Source: Lama guanicoe (taxonomy: Eukaryota). From it: a stretch of 64,000 bases of DNA. A program made the position numbers and the translations under genes. Where the stretch lies: the NCBI GenBank assembly GCA_013239625.1, contig MU053493.1, forward strand, positions 629,793 through 693,792, read 5' to 3'. The stretch's first letter is position 1, and the number at the start of each line of letters is the position of its first letter. The notes below the pieces were generated by a model. That model was not told the origin of the DNA. It was given only the letters and a program-made list of their open reading frames with translations, and did not search any database. This document shows, piece after piece, positions 28,107-41,808 of this stretch.

Positions 28107-28414
28107 TAGACACCTATATATATGTAGGTATAATTTGCATCTTAAGAAACCTGGAGATTGTAGTGAACATTTTCAAAATTTAATGTAAAGTGTAAGCCCA
28201 CACATTCAAAAAACTCAAAAATCTTAATGAACCTAGGGATAAGACACTTAAAAGTACACCAATGTTTCTCCTATTCAAAATACCCAATCCCAATGATAAA
28301 GAGAAAACTCTATAGCAGTCAAACAAAAACAAAGACACATCACATACAAGGAACAAAGGTAAGAATGGTAGCAGATATATCTTTGGAAACAGTGCAATTG
28401 AAAGGAGAGTGGAT
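27640..28414 (+). mobile_element. Ancient L1 ORF1 remnant
   Basis: aaacttctagagttaaaaactataatg...aaaatacactagatagac coiled-coil-type ORF1 sequence; similar old L1 sequence resumes at ~32080. Confidence 0.65.
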
Positions 28415-29200
28415 AAATATACCATATCTTCTTTATCTACTCATCTGTTGATGGCTGTTTCCATGTCTTGGCTATTGTAAATAGTGCTGCTATGAACATT
28501 GGGGTGCAGGTGTCATTTTGAAGTAGGGTTCCTTCTGGATATATGCCCAGGAGTGGGATTCCTGGTTCATATGGTAAGTCTATTGCTAGTCTTTTGAGGA
28601 CTCCCCATACTGTTTTCCACAGTGACTGCACCAAACTGCATTCCCACCAGCAGTGTAGGAGGGTTCTCTTTTCTCCACAGCCTCTCCAGCATTTGTCTTT
28701 TGTGGACTTTTGAATGATGGCCATTATGACTAGAATACTATTCAGCCATAAAAAAGACAACATGATGCCTTTTGCAGCAACATGGATGTCCCCAGAGAAT
28801 GTCATTCTAAGTGAAGTAAGCCAGAAAGAGAAAGAAAAGTACCATATGGGATCACTCATATGTGGAATCTTAAAAAAAAAAAGAACATAAATACTAAACA
28901 GAAACAGACTCATAGACATAGAATGCAAACTTGTGGTTGCTAAGGGGGAGGGGGATGCGAAGGTACAGACTGAGATTTCAAAATCTGTAGATATTGACAG
29001 GCATATGCAGAATAGATAAACAAGATTATACTGTATAGCCCAGGGAAATATATACAAGATCTTGTGGTAGCTAATGGTGAAAAAGAATGTGACAATGAAT
29101 ATAACTATGCTCATGTATAACTGAAAAATTGTGCTCTACACTGGAAATTGACACAACATTGTAAACTGACTATAATTCAATAAAATAAAATTTAAAAGAA
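28415..29200 (+). mobile_element. Young L1 3' end with 5' inversion (28415-28730 minus)
   Basis: Orientation switch at ggccattatgact|agaatactattcagcc; arms nearly contiguous in L1 coordinates. Confidence 0.88.
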
Positions 29201-29465
29201 TGAATAAAATGAAAGGAAGAATATAAGTGTTGACAAGTATGTAGAGAAACTGGAACCCTTATAAATTGATGGTGGGAATGTAACAGTTGGCAATTCCTCA
29301 TAAAGTTGTGTGTTAATTAACTATATCATGGCAGTCATTTCAGTTTGTATATGTATATCAAGTCATCATGTTGTATACTTTAAATAAAAACAATTTTATT
29401 TGTCAATTATACTTCCATAAAACTGAGGAGAAAATTTTTTTTGTAAGTATAGAATGGTGCATGGA

Positions 29466-31967
29466 TGTGCAACTGATTTTTGAATGTTAATCTTGTAACC
29501 TACTACCTTGCTGAATTCTTTGATCAGCTCTAGTAGTTTTTGTATGGACCTTTTAGGGTTTTCTATATATAGTAACATGTCGTCAGCATATAGTGACACT
29601 TTTACCTCTTCTTTTCCAATTTGGATCCCTTTTATTTCTCTCTCTTGCCTGATTGCTGTGGCTAGGACTTCCAAGATGATGTTGAATAGGAGTGGTGATA
29701 GTGGGCATCCTTGTCTTGTCCCAGATTTTAGTGGGAAGCTTTTGAGTTTTTCACTGTTGAGTACTATGCTGGCTGTAGGTTTGCCATATATAGCTTTTAT
29801 TATGTTGAGATATGTTCCCTCTATACCCACTTTGGTGAGAGTTTTTATCATAAATGAGTGTTGAATTTCATCAAATGCTTTTTCTGCATCTGTTGAGATG
29901 ATCATGTGGTTTTTGTCCTTTCTCTTGTTGATGTGATGTATTACATTGATTGATTTGCGTATGTTGAACCACCCTTGTGTCCCTTGGATGAACCTCATTT
30001 GGTCATGATACATAATCTTTTTTATGTGTTGTTGGCTTCTATTTGTTAATATTTTGGTGAGGATTTGGGCATCTATGTTCATCAGTGATATTGGCCTATA
30101 ATTCTCTTTTTTGGTAGTGTCTTTGCTTGATTTTGGTATCAGGGTGATGGTGGTTTCATAGAATGAGTCACACTAACAATGAGTCAACAGACAAAGAAAA
30201 TAAAGAAACAATCCCCTTTAAAATTGCACCCAAGGTAATAAAATACCTAGGAATAAATCTAACCAAGGAGGTGAAAGAATTATACACAGAAAACTATAAA
30301 CCATTGATGAAGGAAATTAAAGAAGCCTTTAAAAAAATGGAAAAATATCCCATGCTCTTGGATTGGAAGAATCAATATTCAAATGGTCACACTGCCCAAG
30401 GCAATCTACAGATTTAATGCAATCCCTATCAAATGACCCAGGACATATTTCACAGAACTAGGACAAATCATAATAAAATTTACATGGAACCACAAAAGAC
30501 CTAGAATTGCCAAAGCATTACTGAAGAGAAAGAAAGAGGCTGGAGGAATAACTCTCCCAGACTTCAGACAATACTATAGAGCTACAGTCATCAAGACAGC
30601 ATGGTATTGGTACAAAAACAGACATACGGGCCAATGGAACAGAATAGAGAGCCCAGAAATGAACCCACAAACTTTTGGTCAACTCATCTTTGACAAAGGA
30701 GGCAAGAATATACAATGGAATAAAGACAATCTCTTCAGCAAATGGTGTTGGGAAAACTGGACAGCAGCATGTAAATCAATGAAGCAGGAACACTCCCTTA
30801 CACCATACACAAAAATCAACTCAAAATGGATCAAAGACTTAAACTTAAGACAAGATACAATAAACCTCCTAGAGGAAAATATAGGCAAAACATTATCTCA
30901 CATACATCTCAAAAATGTTCTCCTTGTACAGTCTACTCAAGCAATAGAAATAAAAGCAAGAATAAACAAATGGGACCTAATGAAACTTACAAGCTTCTGC
31001 ACAGCAAAGGAAACCATAAGTAAAACAAAACGACAACCTAAGGAATGGGAGAAAATTTTTGCAAATGAAACCAACAAAGGCTTGCTCTCCAGAATGTATA
31101 AGCAGCTCATACTTAATAAGAAAAAAACAACAGCCCAGTCTGAAAATTGGCAGAAGACCAAGGAAGACATACAAATCATTATTAAGCACATGAAAAAATG
31201 CTCAGTATCACTAATTGTCAGAGAAATGCAAAACAAAACTACAATGAGTTATCACCTCACAACAGTCAGAATGGCCACCATTCAAAAATCCACAAATGAT
31301 AAATGCTGGAGAAGCTGTGGAGAAAAGGGAACCCTCCTTCACTGCTGGTGGGAATGCAGTTTGGTGCAGTCACTGTGGAAAACAGTATGGAGAGTCCTCA
31401 AAAGACTAGCAATAGACTTACTGTATGACCCAGGAATCCCACTCCTGGGCTTGTATCCAGAAGGAACCCTACTTCAGATTGGATAAAGAAGAAGTGGTAT
31501 ATTTATACAATGGAATACTACTCAGCCATAAAAACTGACAACATAATGCCATTTGCAGCAACATGGATGCTCCTGGGGAATGCCATTCTAAGTGAAGTAA
31601 GCCAGAAAGAGAAAGAAAAATACCATATGAGATCGCTCATATGTGGAATCAAAAAAAAAAACCCACAAACAAAGCATAAATACAAAACAGAAATAGACCA
31701 TAGACATAGAATACAAACTTGTGATTGCCAAGAGGGCGGGGGGGGGGTGAAGGAATAGTCTGGGATTTCAAAATTGTAGAATAGATAAACAAGATTATAC
31801 TGTATAGCACAGGGAAATATATACAAGATGTTATGGTAGCTCACAGAGAAAAAAATGTGACAATGAATATATGCATGTTCATGTATGGCTTAAAAATTGT
31901 GCTCTACACTGGAATTTGACACAACATTGTAAAATGATTATAAATCAATAAAAAATGTTAAAAAGAA
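29466..31967 (+). mobile_element. Young L1 with twin-priming inversion (RT segment 29466-30167 minus)
   Basis: 13-bp TSD aatggtgcatgga at 29453-29465 and 31968-31980; minus-strand ORF carries QGCPLSP and YADD RT motifs; plus-strand ORF 30659-31486 is the ORF2 C-terminus. Confidence 0.95.
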
Positions 31968-33580
31968 AATGGTGCATGGAATATGACCCAGAGATTCCAC
32001 TCTTATGTACATGCCAACTCAAATTGAATAGAGGTATTTAACTACTTTTACTTGAATAATTTTATATGTTGTAAAGTCTATACATAGCAATATTATCCTT
32101 CAAAAGTGAAGTAGAAAAAAGACTTTCTCAGACAAAGATAAACTGAGGAAATTCATCACAGAAAACCTGCCTACCTACTAAAATAGTCCTTCAGGGAGAA
32201 AGAAAATTATATATTCAGAAACTCTAATCTACGTAAAGAAAAGAAGTGTATCACAGAAGGAATAAAAGAAGGTAAAATAAAGCCTTCTTCATTTATTTTC
32301 TTAAAGAGAATTCGTTTAAAGTAATAAGGACAACAATGTATTGGAAGATCATATGAATTGTTTTCTTTTGTCTGTTGACACAGTGCGTGACATTAACTCT
32401 TGATTTTCAAATGTTCAACAACAAATCCATGCTTAGAATAAATTGCACTACACCATGTATAGTACCTTTTATACATTGTTGGATCTAATGCTCTTATGTT
32501 TTGGAAATTTCAGAACTGCAAATTTAATTATTGATACTTTTCAAATGCTGGATGCTTTCACGAACAGATTAGCAAAGTCAGAGGGAAAGAACAGAGCACT
32601 TGGATATAAATCAGCAGAAGTTACGTGATCTAGACAACAGAAAGCAAATAGATATAAAGGCAGACAGAGCCTCGAAGACCTATGGGAAAATAACCAAATC
32701 TTTAAATATGTCATTGGAGTCCCAGAAAAAGAGGAGAATGAACAGTGGAAAAGTGAGCATTACGTCTGTTCCTTTTCTTAATTTGGCAAAAGGGCATAAA
32801 TGTACAGATTCAAGAATCTGAGCAAAGTAACAAGAAGCTCAGGAAGTCCGTGTCCAGTTACATCACAGTCTATTCTTTTTAAGCTAAAATGAATACAAGG
32901 TCTTAAACGCACTGTGGATCTTTATCTGAAATCATGGAGCCCAGTAGGAAGGGGAGTGGGAGTGAAGTATCTTTCAGGAATGAAAGTGAAATAAACACAT
33001 TCCCCTGATGAAGAAAAACTAAGAGAATCTTTCTCCAGATGTTTTAAAAGGAAGTGGCAAAGGAAGTTCCACGGACAGAAAGGAAATAAAAATGGAAGAA
33101 AATGTAAAACACCAGAAATTAAGGAAAGTGGTGTAAAGGTTTGAAAAATAAATACACACAAGGACAAACACATGCAAAACCTGAAAGAGCTGGCAAGGGC
33201 CAACACTGGCATGATATGAACAGCGAAATGAATTACATCAGTACAGTTTACTTAAAAAAGGGCAAAATAAGTATTCATAAGCTCATCCTCATTTGAAAAC
33301 TTAATTGAATAAATAATTAATGGAAGTGAAATGGCAAGTCTTACTCAAAGAAGAGTTTCAATTAATGAATGTAAAAGAATTGAGGGTAACATAAAATCAC
33401 CATTTCAGTAATCCTGTAAGTAATTACAGTAACTAATGTGGCAAGACTATAATAAATAAGAAAATCATTGGGTAAAATTTTAAAGAGTAACAGGGTAACA
33501 CTCACATGGCCTCAAGTAATCTTCCTCAAAATATTTATTTATCACACTGTCTGATTTCAGGCCCTACTGTAATTGACACT

Positions 33581-34554
33581 GGTCAATTAATTCTATGACC
33601 AAGGAGGCAAGACTATACAGTGAAAAAAAGACAGTCTCTTCAAGAAGTGGTGCTGGGAAAACTAGACAGCTACACATAAAAGCATGAACTTAGAACATTC
33701 TCTAACACCATACGCAAAAATAAACTCAAAATGGATTAAGACCTACATGTAAGACCGGATACTATAAAACTCTTGCAGGAAAACACTCTTTGACATAAAT
33801 CACAGGAATGCTTTCTTGGATCCGTCTCCTAAAGAAAAGGAAGTAAAAGCAAAATAAACAAATGAAACCCAATTAAACTTAAAAGCTTTTGCACAGCAAA
33901 GGAAACCATCAGCAAAACAAAAAGGCAACCCACTGAATGGGAGAAGATATTTGCAAATGATATGACTGATAAGGGGTTAATAGCCAGCATATAAGAGCAG
34001 CTCATACAACTCAACATTAAAAAAAAAAAAGATAAAAAACAGGCAGAAGAACTGAATAGACCCTTTCCCAAAGAAGACATGCAAATGGCCAACCAGCACA
34101 TGAAAAAATGCTCAACATTGCTAATCATCAGGAAAATGCAAATGAAAAACTCGGTGAGATTTCACCTCACATATGTCAGAATGGCTATCGTCAAAAAGAA
34201 CACAAATAACAAATGTTGGTGAGGATGTGGAGAAAAGGGAACCCTTGTGCCCTGTTGGTGGGGATGCAAATTGGTGCAAAAGCCACTGTGGAAAACACTA
34301 TGGCGATCTCTCAAATAACTGAAAATAGAACTATTCTATGACCCAGCAACTCCACTCATGGGTATATATCTGAAAAAAACACTAATTTGGAGAGATACAT
34401 GCACCCCAATGTTCACAGCAGCACTATTTACAATTGCCAAGATATGGAAGCAGCCTAAATGTCCATCAACAGATGACTAGGTAAAGAAGATGTGTGTGTG
34501 TATGCATGTATGTATATGTATGTGTGTGTGTGTATATGCATGTGTTTATATATG

Positions 34555-34615
<61 letters not shown>

Positions 34616-35043
34616 GAAACAAAATACTACTCAGCCATAAAAAAGAAGTAAATTTTGCCATTTGCAGCAATGTGGAAGGCGTGTTACACTAAGTGAAATA
34701 AGTCAGGCAAAGACAAATACTGCATGTTATCACTTATACATGGAATCTAAAAAATACAACAAACTAATGAATATAAAGAAAAGAAACAGACTCACAGATG
34801 CAGAGAACAAATGGCTACAAGTGGGTAGAGGGAAGCGGGGTCAATATAGGGATAGAGGAATGACCAGTACAAACTTTTATGCATAAAATAAGCTACAAGG
34901 GTATACTTACAACATGGGGACTTGTAGTCAATATTTTATAATAAATATAAATGGAGTATAACCTTTAAAATTGTGAATCACTATATTGTACATTTGTAGC
35001 CTATATATTATTTTAAAACTACTATATTTCAATTTAAAAAAAA
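33581..35043 (+). mobile_element. L1 ORF2 3' end and 3'UTR with an internal (TG)n/(TA)n microsatellite at 34491-34615
   Basis: Standard L1 3' motifs and A-tail. Confidence 0.88.
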
Positions 35044-36599
35044 GTAGGATATTGGCATGAATGAAGACAATAGACCAATGAATCAGAATCAAGAATCCAG
35101 AAATAAACCCAAGCGTATACAGCCAACTAATACTTGGCAAGTGAGCCATGAATACTCAATGGGGAAGACAGTCTCTTCAATAAATTGTGCTGGGTAATCG
35201 GATATTCATGTGTAAAAGAATGATCTGGACCCATATTTTACATGACTTACAGAAATTAACCCAAAACAGATTAAATACTTAACGGTAAGACCTAAAACCA
35301 TGAAACGTCTAGATGAAAACATGGAAATAAAGCTCCTTGGGTCTTAGTAATATTTTTTTGGACATGACACTTAAAGCACAAGCAACAAAATTAAAAATAA
35401 ACAAATATTTCAAACTAAAACAAATATATCAAACTAAAAAGCTTCTGTAGAGTAAAAGAAATAGTCAACAAAATGAAAGGACAACCAAAGAATGGGGGAA
35501 AATATTTGCAAACCATATATCTGATATGAGGTTAATATCCAAAACACAAAAATAACTCACAGTAATGTATAGACAACTGAATAAGAGACGCATATAACCG
35601 AATTAAAAAATGGGCAAAGGACTTGAATAGATATTTCTCCAAAGGAGATATACAAAAGGCCAATATGTACAGGAAAAAATGCTCAAAATCACTAGTCAAT
35701 AAGGAAATGCAAATGAGATATCACCTCACACCTGTTAGAATGGCCATCATCAGTAAAAGACAAAATAAGTGCTGATGAGGATGTGAAGAAAAAGGGAATC
35801 TTTGTGCATCATTGGTGGGAATGTGAATTGGTGTAGCCACTATGGAAAATAGGATGGAGGATTCTCAAAAATTTAAAAATGGAACTACCATATGATATAG
35901 GAATTCCACTTCTGGGAATATAGCCAAAGGAAGTGAAAACACTAACTTGAAAAGAAATACATCTAAACGAAATGAAATGCCAACTCAAAAGAACCCCAGG
36001 TTCATAGTTCATAGCAGCATTATTTACAATAGCTAAGACATGGAAAGGACCTAATTACCCATTGATGGATGAAGAAAAACCTGTCATTTGTGAAAACATG
36101 GATGTACATTTACGACATTATGTTAAATGAAACATCATATGATCTCATTTACATGTGAATCTAAAACAAACAAACAAACAAAAACAAACTCATAGAAAAA
36201 GAGATCAGACTTGTGGTTACCAGACGTGGAGGGTCGGGGGAGGAGAATTAGAATAAGGTGGTCCAAAAGTACAAATTTCCAGTTGTAAGGTAAATGAGTA
36301 CTGGGGATGTCATGTACAACATGATGACACTATAGTTTACACTGATGTGTATTATATACGAAAGATGTAAGAGACTAAATCCTGAGCGTTCTCATCACAA
36401 GGATAATTTTGTTTTTCTTTTTTGCTTTCTTTTTATTTATTTTTATTCTATATGAGAAGATGGATGTTGGCTGAACAGATAGTGGTAACCATTTCGCAAT
36501 ACATGTAAATCAAACCCTCATGTTGTGTGCCTTAATATATTCATTGACATACATACAGTGATGTATGTCAAGTACTTCTCAATAAAAATGAAAAAAAAA
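35044..36599 (+). mobile_element. L1MA9-like 3' fragment
   Basis: aaggtggtccaaaagtacaaatttccagttgtaag; ends ctcaataaaaatgaaaaaaaaa. Confidence 0.82.
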
Positions 36600-36629
36600 T
36601 TATCTACTAGGATGGTTATTTATTCCTGG

Positions 36630-37985
36630 TTTTTTGAGAGATCATTGACATATAATACTGTGTAAATTTGAGTGATCACTATGTATATATATGTATATAT
36701 GTATATATACACATAAATGATTACCACAATAATATTAGTTAGCATATTCATTGCCTAATATGATTAAAATATTTTGTGTGTGGTGAGAATATGTTAAGAT
36801 CTAGTTTCTTAGCAACTTTCGAGTGTATAATACGGTATTGCAGTAAGGCTGCAATGAATATAGGGGTACAGCTATCTTTTCAAGTTAGTGATTTTCTTCC
36901 CTTCGATTATGTATCCAGAAGTGGGATTGCTGGATTTTTTACTAGTTTCATTTAAAATTTGTTGGGAAAACTTCACCCTGTTTTCCATAGTGGCTGCAAT
37001 GAATTGCATTTCTGCGAACAGTGCACAAGGGTTGCCTATTTTTCCACATCCACATCATTACTTGTCTTTTTTATAATAACCATTTTAACAGGTGTGGGGT
37101 GATACCTCATTGTGATTTGGATGTGCATTTCCATGATATTTAGTGATGCTGAGCACTTTTTCATGTACCTGTCGTTCATCTGTATGACCTCTTTGGGGAA
37201 CCGTCTACTTAAGTCCTTCACCCATTTTTAATCAGATTTTTATTTGTTTTGCTATTGTAAGTTCCTTGTATATTTTTTATATTAACACCTTATTAGACAG
37301 ATGATTTGCAAGTATTTTCTCTCATTTTATAGGCTGTGTCTTCCTTTCATTGATTGCTTCTTTTACTGTTCAGAAGCTTTTTAGTTTAATTCAGTCCCAC
37401 TTTCTGATTTTTACTTTTGTTGCTTGTGCTTTGGGTGTCATATTCAAAACATAAATGCCAAGATTGTTGTCAAAGAGATTCTTCTCTATGTTTTCTTCAA
37501 GGGGTTTCATGGTTTTAGGTCTTACATTTAAGTCTTTAACCCATTTTGTGTTAACTTTTGTGGGTGGTATAAGATAGAGGCCTAATTTCATTTTTTATGT
37601 GAATATCCAGTTTTCCCAAAATCACTTATTGAAGCTGTCTTCACCCTAGTGAGTACTCCCAGCTTCCTTGTCAAGTATTAGTTGACTGTATATGCATAGG
37701 TTTATTTCTGTGCTCTTGATTTTGTTCCACGGGTCTGTGCATCTGCTCCTTTGTCAGCACCATACCTTTTTGATTGCTATAGCTTTCTTGTACAGTTTGA
37801 AATCAATGTGTTATGACTCCATCTTTTTTTTTTCTTTCTCAAGGTTGATTTGGCTATTTGGAGTCTTCTGTGATTTCATACAAACTTTAGGAATTTTTTT
37901 AATAGTCCTCTGAAAAATGCTATTGGAATTTTGATAGAGTTTGCACTGAATCTATAGATGGCTTTGGCTAGCATGGACATTTTGG
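36630..37985 (-). mobile_element. L1MA-like 3' fragment
   Basis: Minus-strand peptides NTKWVKDLNVRPKTMKPLEEN and ITMRYHPTPVKM. Confidence 0.82.
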
Positions 37986-39019
37986 ATGTCTTTTATTCAT
38001 TTTTCTTGTCTAATTGCTCTAAACAAACGCTGTGGCTATTTTAATATATGTTCACCTTTTTCTTTAAGGTTATTCCCTCCAGTAAGTGGTGGAACTTAAT
38101 TCCTCTCTTGAGTGTGGTCTGAATTCAGCAATTTCCTTTTTGCAAATGGAAAGGGAAGAAATACTAACTGTACAGTAAGGAAACCTGACAGATACCACTC
38201 TGTATGATCCACACCAGTATCAGCAATAATGTCGATCTCATGTGTACTCTGAGATTAACGCCGTGAGAAATCCACCTCACTTCTGTGTCAGTCTTCCCTC
38301 AAATCCACAACTTAAATGCAATCATGAGAAAACATCAGACAAATGCAAATGAATGGGTTTTCTTCAAAAGGCCACGATAGTTCCACTCAAAAGCGTTAAG
38401 GTCATAAAGAACAAACACAGACAGAAACTGTCGCTGATTGGATGAGATTAAGCAGCTGTGACCACTAGTACGATGTGATCTTCTGAATTAGCTTCTGGAG
38501 CGAAAAAAGAGCATTAGCAGGAATCAAGGTAAAATACAAATAAAATCTGCAGTTTTATTAATCATATTTTATCAATTTTAATTTCTTATACTTTATAAGT
38601 GTGTCACAGTTATGTAAGATGTTAACTTTAACAGAAATAGGATGAAGCATATACACAAACTCTCTGGACTATCTTTGCCACTCTTCTGTAAATTGAAAGC
38701 TATTTCAAAATAAAAATTTAAAACCAAAGGTTTAAAAATGATTAATTTGGTATAAAAGCAAGACTGATCTATATGGTGGCCTACAAAAAAATCACCTTAC
38801 ATATAAAGATAGCAATAAGTTAAAAGTAGAAAGGTAGAAAAATGCATATCATGTCATTGTTAAATAAAAGAATGCTGTAGTGGCTATTACAATACTGGAC
38901 AAAGTAGGTTTCAGTGCAAATAATGTTTCCAGAAGAACATTTCATCAATATTAAAGGACATACTCATCAACAAGACATACTAGTACAAAACATTTGTACA
39001 TTTAAATATTGAGATTGCA

Positions 39020-40160
39020 TCAGTTAAAAACAGTGGTATTGAGCATTTTTTCATGTGCCTATTGGCCATTTGTATGTCTTCATTGGAGAAATGTTTGTTT
39101 AGGTCTTCTGCCCATTTTTTTGATTGGGTAGTGTGTTTTATTTGGTTATTGAGTTACGTGAGCTGTTTGTACATTCTGGAAATTAAGTCCTTATCAGTCA
39201 CATTGCAAACATGTTCTGCCATTCCGTAGGTTGTCCTTTTATTTTGTTTATAGATTTCCTTGCTCAGCAAAAGCTTATAAGCTTAATTAGGTCCCATTTG
39301 TTTATGTTTGCTTTTTCTTCTATTGCCTTGGGAGGCTGACCTAGGAAAGCATTGCTACGATTTACTCCAGAGAATGTTTTGCTATGTTCTCCTCTATGAG
39401 GTTGATAGTGACTGGCATTTTGTTTAAGTCGTTAAACCATTTTGAGTTTATTTTGTGTATGGTGTGAGGGATTGTTCTAACTTCATTGATTTACATGTGG
39501 CTGTCCAGCTTTCCCAACACCATTTGCCAAGGAGGTTGTCTCTTCAGCACTGTACATTTTTGCTTCCTTTGTTGAAGATTAATTGACCACAGGTATGTGG
39601 GTTTCTTTCTTGGCTCTCTGTTTCACAGATGATTGCACACAGAAGTCATGGTATATGTGTACAGTGGAATACTACTCAGTCATATGAAAAATTGAATAAT
39701 GCCATTTGCAGCAACATGGATGGACCTGATGGAGAGTGTCGTACTAAACGAAGTAAGCCAGAAGGAGAAAGAAAAATACCATATGATATCACTTATATGT
39801 GGAATCTTAAAAAAGTGACAGAAATGAACTTATTAACAAAACAGAAACAAACTCACAGACATAGAAAACAAATTTATGCTTATCACGGGGGAATGCTGGT
39901 GGAAGGGATAAGTTCAGAGTTTGGAATTTGCAGATACTACTATATATAAAATGGATACAACAACAAGGTCCTATTGTATAGCACAGGGAACTATATTCAA
40001 TATCTTGTAATAGCCTATAATGAAAAATTATGAAAAGGAAATCTATATCTATATCTATATCTATATCTATATCTATCTGAATCACTATGCTGTACACCAG
40101 AAATTAACACATTGTAAACCAACTATACTTCAATCAAAAATAAAAATAAATAAATAAACA
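39020..40160 (+). mobile_element. L1 3' end with 5' inversion (39020-39622 minus)
   Basis: Orientation switch at ggctctctgtt|tcacagatgattg; (ATCTAT)n near 40041-40078; A-tail. Confidence 0.8.
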
Positions 40161-40933
40161 AAAGCCTTACCAACTGAAAGGAAAAAAATAGATCTGCAGA
40201 AGACAACAAATAGAACTAAAATTATAGTTGGCAATTTAAATATTTCTCTCTCAATAATTGTTAGAACAAATACACAATTAGCAGGAATATAGGAGAGTTG
40301 AACAACACTACAAACCAAATTGACCTAGCTGACATTTATATAAGGTTACCAAATAATATAAAAATATCCATTCTTTTCAAATGCACATATAGCATTTGCA
40401 AAGGTGGACCATATTCTGGGCCATAAAAATGCCAAAATATATTTAAAAGAATTCAAGAAAGGCAAAGTATGTTATTCTCTGGCCACAGAGAAATTAAATT
40501 AGGAATCAGTAACTGAATTATCTCTACTATATCCCCAAATATTTTAAAATGAAATAACACACTTCTAAATAATCCATTGGGAAAAAAAATCAAAATGTAT
40601 GTGTGGTGTGTTGTTGAAGAAATTCTTAGGAGGAAATTTATATGATTAAATGTGTATATTTTAAACAAGAAAAATCTAAAATCAATGACTTCAGCTTCCA
40701 CCTTAAGAGAATAAAAAGGGAAGAATAAATCATACCCTGAATAAGTAGAAGAAAAGAAATAAAAAATATTAATAAGTAGAAAACAGAGAAACAGTAGAGA
40801 ATATTGATGAGGCAAACAACAACAAAAAAACCCAATTGTTGGAAAAAATCAAGAAAACTGTTAATTCTCTAGACAAACTATTCAGAAACAAACAAGAGGA
40901 GACACAAATGACTTACATCAAGAATAAAGGTTA

Positions 40934-41702
40934 CAGATAAATGCTGGAGAGGGTGTGGAGAAAAGGGAACCCTCCTACACTGTTGGTGAGAATGCAGATT
41001 TGTGTAGCCATTATGGAAAACAGTAAGGAGATTCCTCAAAAAACTAAAAATAGACTTACCACATGATCCAGAAATCCCACTCCTGTGCATATATCTAGAG
41101 GGAACTCTAATTGGAAAAGATGCATGCATCCCATTATTCATAGCAGCACCACTTACAATAGCCAAGACAAGAAAGCAACTTAATGTCCATCAACAGATGA
41201 CTAGATAAAGAAACTATGGTATATTTATACAATGGACTACTACTCAGCTATAAAAAATAATAAAATAATGCCATTTACAGCAACATGGATGGACCTGGAA
41301 ATCGTCATTGTAAGTGAAATAAGGCAGAAAGAGAAAGAAAAATACCATATGATATCACTCATGTGAATTTAAGAAAAGAAAAAAGAAGACAATAATGAAC
41401 TCAACCACAAAACAGAAACAGTCTTGCAGACATAGTAAATAATCTTAAAGTTACTGGGGGCAGGGAATGGGAAGGGATAAGTTTAGAAGTTTGAGATTTA
41501 CAAATGATAACCACTACATACAAAAACAGATTAAAAACAAATTTTTCTATATAACACAGAGAACTATATTCAATACTTTGCAATAACCTTTAATGAAAAA
41601 GAATATGAAAATAAATGCATGTATATATGCATGACTGGGACATTATCCTGTACACCAGAAACTGACACACTGTAACTAACTATACTTCAATTTAAAAAAA
41701 AA
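40934..41702 (+). mobile_element. Young L1 3' end
   Basis: gataaatgctggagagggtgtgg...tatacttcaatttaaaaaaaaa. Confidence 0.9.
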
Positions 41703-41808
41703 TAGATCAATGGAATAGAACAGAATTCCAAAATAGATCTAAACATCTATGAAAAACTGAATTTTGACAAAGCTGCCAAGGCAAATCAGTGCTGTTAAGA
41801 ATAGTCTC

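Noticed and set aside
28437..29114. 225-aa minus-strand ORF
   Set aside because: A chance read-through of antisense L1 3'UTR across the inversion junction into the ORF2 C-terminus.
29396..31486. RT-bearing ORFs as a novel reverse-transcriptase system or active element
   Set aside because: Ordinary L1 ORF2 fragments: 5'-truncated, inverted, frameshifted, lacking promoter and endonuclease.
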